A DNA stretch of 37,764 nt from contig JWZX01003411.1 in the NCBI GenBank assembly GCA_001275005.1, positions 1 through 37,764 on the forward strand. Reading direction: 5' to 3'. The number at the start of each line of letters is the position of its first letter. The first letter of the stretch is position 1. The DNA comes from Chrysochromulina tobinii (lineage: Eukaryota). A program made the position numbers and the translations under genes. The notes under the pieces are model-generated. The model was not told the origin of the DNA, searched no databases, and saw only the letters and a list, made by a program, of their open reading frames with translations. Positions 1-8,241 of the stretch are shown here, one piece after another.

Positions 1-3000
1 GGGGTCGGCTGCGGCGGTAGCGACGGAGGAAGCTGGGGCGGCAGCAGCTTGGGCGGTTTCGGCGCTGGGCGGCCAGCCCTCCGGCCAGCCCTCCGGTGGG
101 GTCTCTGGCTCGGGTGCCATCCCGGGAGGCCAGCCAGTGGGCGGAGGTGCCGCCGGAGGCAAGCTGGGAGCAGGCCGATGGGGTCGCTCCACGCTCAGTA
201 GCAGAGCAGCCATCGGCGTCGACTCGGCGGCCACGGCTTTGGCCGGGAGGCCGCCCTCGATGGAGCCATGGTCTGGTCCTGATTTCGATATGGGCGCGAT
301 CTTCAACGAGGTCGGCTGTAGCCCAAGCCGTCGGGAGGGGGGCGGGTTGATCCCAGTGACCGCTTTCTTGAGCGGCACGTCCACACTGCGCGCAACGGGC
401 GGCAGGGGCTTGGCGGGTGCCAGTGCCTGCTTAGCTGGCGCCGAGATGGACGAGAGCGACGGCGGCGCCACCATCTCGATGGCCGGCCTGGACGACTTCG
501 AGCTCGGAGGCAGAGTGTGCTGGTTGATTCTGGAGGTGAGGTTCGCGAGCATCGAGACCACCGTCACAAGCTGCTCGTCGTTCGCGCTCAACGAATTCGT
601 GAGATCCGTACGCAGGTTGGAGATCTGAGCCTCGAGCTTCGCATGCTTCGCCTCGGCCAGACTCGCCATGTACTTGGCACACAGCATGGCCTGATACCTC
701 TTGTGGTGCGCGTAGCCACGCACCCGCTGATCTTCGAGGATCTGCTCGCTCGAATGGCGACTGCAGTCCGCACCGTCCCAGCTGAAGCCCTTGGTTTCGT
801 GAGGCGGTGGCTTGCACATGAGCTTGAACAGGATCCATTTGAGAAACCGAAAGATGTTTAACGGCGCGGGTAGCTTGCGGTAGTCCTTGTACTCGCGGAC
901 CGTGTCCGAGAGGAACTCAAACGCCCAGAACTCGCGCGCCTTCTCCTTCACCTCACCGTACACGTCGCCCATCTGCGCGATGAGAAGGTTGATGAGCACG
1001 ATGGTGGCGACGAAGATGTAGACATACATGGCGACGGGTACGAGAGTCGAATTCGGGTCCGCGCCTCCTGTGGGGACGTACGTCGAGATCGCCTCGAGAT
1101 CGAACTCTCCGAGCAGCCCCCAAAACGGCTGGTAGCCGGGCAGCGTGATCAAGTCGCCGTAGATCACGTACCCCGGCATGACGATCGCGAAGAAGGCGCT
1201 GAAGCCGAGCGTCCAGCACATCATCAAGCCGATCCAGGAGATGATCGAGGGCACCATCTGCCCCACGATGATGATGAGGCAGCCCACGCTACGGTCCATC
1301 TTCATCGCGTTGATAAAGCGCACCGTGAGCAGCAGCACGGCGAGCGCATAGAGAAGCTGGATGCAGTTGACGAGAAAGGCAGTCCAGTAGACGAGGTCGC
1401 CAGCAGGGGGGTCGCCACTCACAAGAAGTCTCCACGAGGCAAAGGTGGTGGCGGCCATGTAGTAAGGCAGTGAGTATTTCAGCGCCAACTTGATGGCAAT
1501 CACGAACATGATCGATGAGTACGTGAGGACGTCGATCCAGTTGTACACATTGCTGAAGTAGTCTTCGAGCCCGCCAGGCACTGCGAGGAGCTGCTCGAGC
1601 TCCTCGGCGATCTTGAAGCCCGTCCATACCCAATTGACAATCTCCCAGACCTGGATCTCGTCGGCGCCCATCGAGCCCGCGCGGAACATCCAGCTGGCCG
1701 CCTGCCACGGCCAGCCGCACAGGTTGAGGGCAAGCCAGAAGGTGTACACGAGCGCGATCGTGTTGTGCATGATGAACTTGACATACGGGATCGTGAGGAA
1801 GTTCGCGACGGCACTGATCGGCTTCCCGATCCTGGGCTTCGCCTCGCTGGCAATGCTCATGCACTCATCGTCATCTTCGCCTCCATCCTCGTTCCGGCGA
1901 TCACTCTTGAACAGGTCCCGCTGAATCTGGCTCTGGTTGCGCTGCAGGGAGCGCACGTGGCACCAGGGCAGCTGCCCGAGGAACAGCATATGCAGCAGCG
2001 TGCGCCACCAGCACGGGTCGATGATGCACATCTGGCTTCCGGGAAAGTCGCCGTAAAAGTACCGTTGCGCGAGCGTCTCGCAAAAGGGGTGGCTCACGAA
2101 GAGGCGGCACCTATGCGACTCATCGTCCACTTCGGTAGCATGATCGAGTACCGATTGGTGGCCGTGCCGCGCGGTGGCAAAGATGAGCTGGCGCATCGCG
2201 AGATTGCCGTCATCACACTGGTCGAGCACGCCATACGCCCAACGTTCAAATATGAAGGCTGATTCCCTCCATTCGTCTCTCTTCGAAGGATTCAGGTCCT
2301 TGTCGAGCGATTGCGAGTGCGCCAGGTGCGCCGCCCAAATGGCGATACGCAGGGGCTCCTGCGGTTGGGTGAAGGGGGTTGGGGGTGGGGGTGAGGGTTG
2401 GGGGTGAGGGGTGGTGGTGAGGGTGGCGCTCAGGCTCACCTCAGTCTTTGCCCACGCGCACTGGGCGAGCTCGATGTACTCAGCGCCAGAGAGCACGGCC
2501 CATAACGTAATGTCAGCCCACGTGGTCTTGACTGCGTTCGGTCTGGGCAGCTGCTCCTGTATCTTCAGCTTGCACTCGCGAGATTCCTTCTCGAGCTTAT
2601 TTCTCAGAGGCCCGTTCTTCTCCTGGATCTCAGCGAACGAATCCGAAGCCTCGGCCTTCCACCCCTCCTTCGGGTACTTCTCCGCACGCTTATGCACCCA
2701 ATGCACCATCTCGCGATTGACCGAGTTCTCCTCCTGTATCTTCAGCTCGCCCTCGCTCCATCGCTTGCGCGCCTTGTTCCAGATCTTGTAATAGTCCTGC
2801 AGGAACCCGGGCAGCTTCTCTGTAAACATCAACATGCCCTCGCCCTCTCCGCCGTCCTCTCCCTCGGTGGCACGGGCTTTGGCCGCCGCCTTCGCGTTGC
2901 GATCCTTGCGAAGCAGGGGCATCATCGACTTCGGCGCCATCAATTGGCCTAATCGGCGGTAGAAGGAGCCTCGACCGAACTGGGCAGACAGGTCGTCGTA

Positions 3001-5079
3001 AGATTTGGGAGTCCATTCATAGAGCTCCCCCCACGCGTGCTCGAGCGACGCGGACTGCACGCCCTTGCCATGCCTCATGAGAGTGCGGAGCAGCACGTGC
3101 TGCGGCGTCACATTGTACTGAATGAGCGCGCGCACCACCTCGGGCTCGTTGCCCAGCAGGGCGTTCGTGAGCGCGCGCGCGAGGCCGCGTGGGTCGACGG
3201 CATCGCTCTCCTCGAGCTGCGTGCGAAGGATGACGGGATCCTTCCAGCGCACCGCCAGGTTGATCGCATCGGTCGTCGTCTCGCAATCCGAGAGGATCGC
3301 TTGCAGCACCTGATGAGGGAGGCAATCATGAGGTCATCACAGGCAATCATGAGGTCATCACAGGCAATCATGAGAGGATCGCTTGCAGCACCTGATGAGG
3401 GAGGCAATCATGAGGTCATCACAGGCAATCATGAGGTCATCACAGGCAATCATGAGAGGATCGCTTGCAGCACCAGATTGCCAAAGTCGTTATGGACCGG
3501 CACGATTCCATTCTCGTCCATGGGTTCGGTCACGAAGAATGTGAGCTGCTTCTCCATGTTGGCACCTGCATGCAATCTCATCGGGGACCTTGTAAGTGGC
3601 ACTCAGGTGGCACTCAGGTGGCACTCTCGGACAGGTGAGATGCTTCTCCTCGTTCACACCGTGCTTTTCGAGGCCGAGCTTGCGGATGCCCTCCAGATAG
3701 GTGCGCGCTGCGTCGCAAAAGGCGGTGTTGCCGACGGGCAGCTCGACGAATTGCATGCGCTGCTCGAGCGACAGCCCTTCCTCGGCGCCCGCCTTGAAGA
3801 CATACTCATACACCGCCTTGGACGCCCCGCCGTTCTCATCACCCACGAAGCACATGACCGGCCGGCGTGCTGCCAGCGTCCTGTGGATGACCTCGAAGGT
3901 GCCCGGGCCGCCGCCGAGGGCAATGAGCACGAGCGCTGGCCGGGGCAGTTTGTCGCCGTCCTTGTCGCTCCCGTAGACCGTGTCACACGTTTGTCTCTCG
4001 AATTGAACGCGGAACTGTCGCTCCGTTCCGAAGGCGCGCTTGCCAGTGAGCGTCTCGCCCGTTTGCGGATCACGCGAGTCGACGAGCAGGAAGTGCGTAT
4101 GCCCCCAGTCGAGGAGGACTTCCCCGTCCGGCAGCTTCTTGGCCGGCGCCTCGTACACATACCGAGGGCCTTTACGCTGCTGCTCGTCGATGGACGAGCT
4201 CGAGCCCTTGCTGATGCTGCCTTTGCGCAGGTGAGGAAGAGTCGATGGGGCAGCTGCGGCGGCACTGTCGCGGAATTGGCGGCCCATGAACTCATCGCGC
4301 TGATTGATGATCCCGTACGGCGCGATGCCGATGCACGGGATCGGCAGGGACGCCAGCTCGTCCTGGCTCATCACCATTCCGATCAGCTCCATCACACCGG
4401 CGCGGGTGCCACCCGTGATGATCCATGGCACCGCGCCGTCGTCGTCCTCGTCGGCCTCGTCGCAGAGGCACGCGCGCGTGACGGCCTCGGTGAGCCCGCG
4501 CTTGAAGAGCACCTTCTGCTTTTCCGTCAGCCCGGCACCGGGGTTAGTGCCGCCCGTGACCGAGATGATGACCGACGGTTGCCGGAGCCGCCAGTGCTGC
4601 ATGCAGAAATTGATGAGATTCTTGAGTTCGTCCTCATCGTCCACGCTGACGTCGGGCACCCTGGCCCACTTGGCCGGCACACGCTTGCTGCCAGGGAACT
4701 CGATCCGGCCCCACTCGACCGCAACATCGCCCGGCCACTCGAGCTCCTTGGTCACCCACCAGTCGGCGAGGTCCTCGGCACTGTCGCGCGGAGTATTGAC
4801 GCGCGAATCGGCTGCTTCGTTGAAACACAATGGCTGGGGCGCGACCTGGACGACCGTGGCTGTCTCTCTCGAAGCCATGGCTGATCCCATGGCGCGGACA
4901 CTCTCGTTGCGGAGAGCCTGCCGTGGCAGGCTGGCGGGGGTGGGAAAGTCTGCCGGCCGTTCCCACTGCACCTCCTGACTGTACTGCTTGTAATAGTATG
5001 TGTCGCCGGTGGCCTCATCTTTGGCGGTGAGCCATGGATCAGCCACGGCCGGCCATGGCGGTGGAGGGGGCGGAGGCAT
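1..5079 (-). CDS. TRPM-like cation channel with N-terminal WW and SLOG/LSDAT domains; exons 5079-3660, 3565-3474, 3309-2440, 2358-<1 (3' end outside the window)
   Basis: WW motif WLTAKDEATGDTYYYKQYSQEVQWERP. TRPM SLOG motifs IISVTGG, WIITGGTRAGVM, HTHFLLVD, GGGPGT. The last exon, translated by hand, gives S4-S5 (VRFINAMKMDRSVGCLIIIVGQM), pore (PFWGLLGEFD), S6 (VLINLLIAQMGDVY) and a TRP-box-like WAFE...LPAPLN. Three GT-AG introns keep the frame. Confidence 0.9.
2359..2439 (-). other. Spliceosomal intron (81 nt) filled with C-rich CCCTCACC-like repeats
   Basis: GAG|GTGAGC...CCGCAG|GAG; splicing gives WAKTE-EPLRIAIWAA in frame. Confidence 0.85.
3310..3473 (-). other. Intron (164 nt) made of two identical 82-nt units, each starting with a 20-nt copy of the next exon
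   Basis: Unit = GTGCTGCAAGCGATCCTCTC + (ATGATTGCCTGTGATGACCTC)x2 + ATGATTGCCTCCCTCATCAG. The downstream exon begins GTGCTGCAAGCGATCCTCTC. Confidence 0.9.
3566..3659 (-). other. Intron (94 nt) starting with a diverged copy of the next exon
   Basis: CACG|GTGTGAACGAGGAGAAGCATCTCAC...GATTGCATGCAG|GTGCCAACATGGAGAAGCAGCTCAC; splicing restores the frame KHG-ANMEKQLTFF. Confidence 0.8.
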
Positions 5080-5154
5080 ATGAACGGGTGCCGAGTCGTC
5101 ACCGAGTTGATTGCGGAATTGTGATGACCTTGTTTCTGTTTCACGTTCACGACT

Positions 5155-5230
5155 CGTTCACGTAAAATTGCCATCTCGGCAAGACGCACACCCACAGGTC
5201 CCGTGGAGACACATCGTGGGGGGCGCAGAC
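5155..5230. repeat. Dispersed ~75-nt intergenic element A, copy 1 (copy 2 at 36488-36568)
   Basis: Shared blocks CGTTCACG, CATCTCGGCAAGACGCACAC, GGTCCCGTGGAGACACA and GGCGCAGAC in the same order. Confidence 0.85.
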
Positions 5231-5351
5231 CTAAATGTTGCTGGTGAGCTCCCAGCACGGTCAGGGGCAACTTATTGTGTGCGATTGACAAGTTAGACGC
5301 GTTCTTTGTGGCCCGCCCGCTGTCGGCTTCCCCTCGCCACATCGCGCACCG

Positions 5352-7958
5352 ATGCCGCCGACGAAGCCGACAAAGGCCCAGGTGCGCACCGCGCTCGCGC
5401 TCGAGACGGCAAAGAAGGCCGGCATCCCGCTCGAGGCGCTTCCCAGCTTGCTGGCCGAGCTGCCATCCGGCGAGTCGTGGTTCAGCGTGCTCAAGGCTGC
5501 CGGCTTCAACGTGCAATCGCGTGGGCCCTCCATCGCCCACATGAAGGCAGGCGGCGAGCCGATAACCCGCCGCGGGGCGGCGGCGCGTCTGCGCGCCTCA
5601 GGCGCCTTCCGCGAGTCCGAGGTCGGCGACATCGGGCCGTACATAGACGCAGCAACCAACAACACCTTCCTGTATCGCCTCGAAGGCCTGTGTGGCGCGG
5701 GCTACTACAGGGTGGACCTCCCGAAGATGGCGCTGCCAGCGAGGACCACCGGTGATGCACCAGCGGCCGGGCCGTCGTCGACCGTGCCACCGCCAGCCTC
5801 ACCTGCCGTTGCAGCAGCAGCAGTATCAGCAGCAGCGCCACTGCAGCCTCAGCCAGCAGCGGCCGCTGCGCCGACAACCGCCGCCGCCGCCGCTGCGCCG
5901 ACCGCCTCCGCCGCCGCCGCTGCCAAGGCGCCGCCAGCGGCGGCGAAGCGCAAGGAAGCCGCGGACGCGTTGTGTCGAGCATCGGACGCGCCCTCGTCGA
6001 GCGTTGTGTCGAGCGCGGACGCGCCCTCGTCGAGCGTTGTGTCGAGCGCGGACGCGCCCTCGTCGAGCGTTGTGTCGAGCGCGAAGCGAGTGCGCGTTGC
6101 GAGTGCCGGCCCGGGGAAGGCGAGCGATGGGAAGGCGAGCGATCCCGCCGCGCAGCCGCCCGCCGCACCGCCGCCCGCGCGACCCGCCACATGCTCAGGC
6201 AAGGCTGCGAGGGCTTCGGAGAGCTCGGCACCTCTCGCCGGTAACTCGTCAGAAGAGGATGAAATACCTCTCATCTCACCGCGCCGCCACGCCAACCAGA
6301 GTGCCAAGCAGAGTGCCAACCAGACCGACCAGAGTGCCAACCAGACCAACCAGAGTGCCAACCAGACCGACCAGAGTGCCAGCCAGAGCGCCGACCACCG
6401 CTGCGACGACGTCCTCTTCTCGCCCACCGCTGCTACGAACTCCGCGACGGCGGCGCCGGCGCTTGCGGTGGCGGCGCCGCTACCGCTGCCGCTGGCGCTG
6501 GCGCAGCCTTTGACTCAACTTCTCCACCTCTACCCCTTTGGCGCAGCGGGCGTGGGCTCGTCATTGGGAGGTCGGACGGAGATCACGATCCCGGAGGGCG
6601 CCGTCCCGGGCATGCCTCTCGACTTGATCGTGCCCGATGGTCCGGGCACGTGCAGTCGCGTGCGCATCATCGTCCCTGTGGGGATGCGGCCAGGCATGAA
6701 GCTCGCTGTTGCCATGCCGCCGTATGCGCCGCCAGTGGCCGTGCAACCTCTCGTGCCGGAGATGGCAACCTCGGAGATGGCAACCTCGGAGATGGCAACC
6801 TCGGAGATGGCAACCTCGGAGATGGCAACCTCGGAGATGGCAACCTCGGAGATGGCACGAGATCAGCCTCGGCAGAGGTCTCGGCAGCCCGGAGCGGTGA
6901 GCGGCCAAGCACCGCTGGCACGGCGAACGTCATTGGCCAGTTGGAGGACGAAAGCTGCTCCTCAGTCTGGGTTTGCGCTGGCGCCCGCGCTCGCGCCTGC
7001 GCCCGCGCCCGCGCCTGCGCGTGCGCCTGTGGTGGAGCTCGACGACGAGGAGGGGCAGGAGGACGAGGAGGTGGAGGAGGTGGAGGAGGAGATGGAGGGT
7101 TTCGAGAGCTCACGAGCAGCAGCGGCCCTCGAGCACGCCTCGAGTGCCTTCGCCGCCAAACATAGCCCTCGAGACCCTCTCAAGGCCGCCCTCGCACCGC
7201 TCGACACGGCGCTCGCGACCGATCCGCCACCAAGTGCACTCTCGAGCTGTGAAAGTGAGGCGCGAGGCTCCCGGCTTGCAGTGCGCACAGGCCAGCCACC
7301 CGCCGTCGCGCTCGGTGCAGCGCCAGAGCCGTTCTCAGAGGCTGCGGCGCTCGCCTTCGGCGTCTCGGCTCGAGTCGGTGTCGAGGCGGTGGCGGTGGCT
7401 GAGGCGCTTTCGTCGTGTTTCAAGGGCAGCTCTACCGCCCCCGCCGCCCCCGCCGCCCCCACCCCCGCCGCTGCGTCTGTCACCGCTGCCGCTGCTGTCG
7501 CCTCCGCCGCGGCGCCCTCTGCCGCCGCCGCCTCGACCGCCTACAACGACGTCGACGACGACGACGTGGACGATTTTGTAGTGTCCGCGTCTGCCACACC
7601 CACCGCTCCCCCCGCGCCTGCTTCGGCGGCGGGCGGCAGCGCCTTGAGTGCGCTGGCTCGCGCTGAGGCCCAGTCACTCCGCAATGCTGGCTCTGGTCAA
7701 ATGGCGCCCGCCGAGCCCAAAAAGGCGCGTGTGCGTCGACCGTGGACCGTGGCGGAGGTGGAGGCGCTCCGAGTGGGTGTGCTCCGCTATGGAGAGGGGC
7801 GCTGGGAGGCTATCCGGCTCGACACGCGCCTCGGCAGCGACTTGACCTATCGGCTCGGGGTCGACCTGAAGGACAAGTGGCGGAATCTGAAGGACAAGGG
7901 CCAGCGGCTCGCGCCGCACGCCAACAGTGCAGCTGGTAGCGCGCCTAGCCTCGAGTGA
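5352..7958 (+). CDS. Low-complexity protein with a C-terminal telobox-type Myb domain (TRF-like telomere-repeat-binding family)
   Basis: C-terminal RVRRPWTVAEVEALRVGVLRYGEGRWEAI...YRLGVDLKDKWRNL carries the VDLKDKWRN telobox signature; 868-aa open frame. Confidence 0.8.
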   Translation: MPPTKPTKAQVRTALALETAKKAGIPLEALPSLLAELPSGESWFSVLKAAGFNVQSRGPSIAHMKAGGEPITRRGAAARLRASGAFRESEVGDIGPYIDAATNNTFLYRLEGLCGAGYYRVDLPKMALPARTTGDAPAAGPSSTVPPPASPAVAAAAVSAAAPLQPQPAAAAAPTTAAAAAAPTASAAAAAKAPPAAAKRKEAADALCRASDAPSSSVVSSADAPSSSVVSSADAPSSSVVSSAKRVRVASAGPGKASDGKASDPAAQPPAAPPPARPATCSGKAARASESSAPLAGNSSEEDEIPLISPRRHANQSAKQSANQTDQSANQTNQSANQTDQSASQSADHRCDDVLFSPTAATNSATAAPALAVAAPLPLPLALAQPLTQLLHLYPFGAAGVGSSLGGRTEITIPEGAVPGMPLDLIVPDGPGTCSRVRIIVPVGMRPGMKLAVAMPPYAPPVAVQPLVPEMATSEMATSEMATSEMATSEMATSEMATSEMARDQPRQRSRQPGAVSGQAPLARRTSLASWRTKAAPQSGFALAPALAPAPAPAPARAPVVELDDEEGQEDEEVEEVEEEMEGFESSRAAAALEHASSAFAAKHSPRDPLKAALAPLDTALATDPPPSALSSCESEARGSRLAVRTGQPPAVALGAAPEPFSEAAALAFGVSARVGVEAVAVAEALSSCFKGSSTAPAAPAAPTPAAASVTAAAAVASAAAPSAAAASTAYNDVDDDDVDDFVVSASATPTAPPAPASAAGGSALSALARAEAQSLRNAGSGQMAPAEPKKARVRRPWTVAEVEALRVGVLRYGEGRWEAIRLDTRLGSDLTYRLGVDLKDKWRNLKDKGQRLAPHANSAAGSAPSLE
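5961..6082 (+). repeat. 33-nt coding tandem repeat (ADAPSSSVVSS), about 3 copies
   Basis: GCGGACGCGCCCTCGTCGAGCGTTGTGTCGAGC repeated. Confidence 0.9.
6291..6390 (+). repeat. 21-nt coding tandem repeat (ANQTDQS-like)
   Basis: GCCAACCAGACCGACCAGAGT variants in tandem. Confidence 0.85.
6759..6857 (+). repeat. 15-nt perfect tandem repeat (EMATS), 6 full copies plus a partial
   Basis: GAGATGGCAACCTCG repeated. Confidence 0.95.
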
Positions 7959-8241
7959 GCCGGAGCGCTGCTCGAGCTCGGGCGTGAGACAGAGTGTGTA
8001 TAGCGGCACAGAGACAGATGTCGCGGGCTCACTAATCGCCTTCGACCGTCGACCGATAATGGGCACGATCGTCCACGTGTATGTCGTCACGAACCGCCAC
8101 GCCGTCGCCGACATTTTTCTGTTCACATCTAATTTTTCCATAGACTGGTACCCCCCGCTTTATCGGAACCAGTGCGCTCGACTGTGCGTTTACATGTCCC
8201 GTCGTCCCTCTCTCATCTCATCCCCTACCCCGTCTGCCGCC

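Noticed and set aside
3490..3659. TRP exon 1 ORF treated as a complete 529-aa protein
   Set aside because: The tail is intron read-through; splicing continues into the channel domains.
3037..4884. 615-aa plus-strand ORF
   Set aside because: Antisense shadow of the TRP channel; it runs through intron repeats and has no recognisable motifs.
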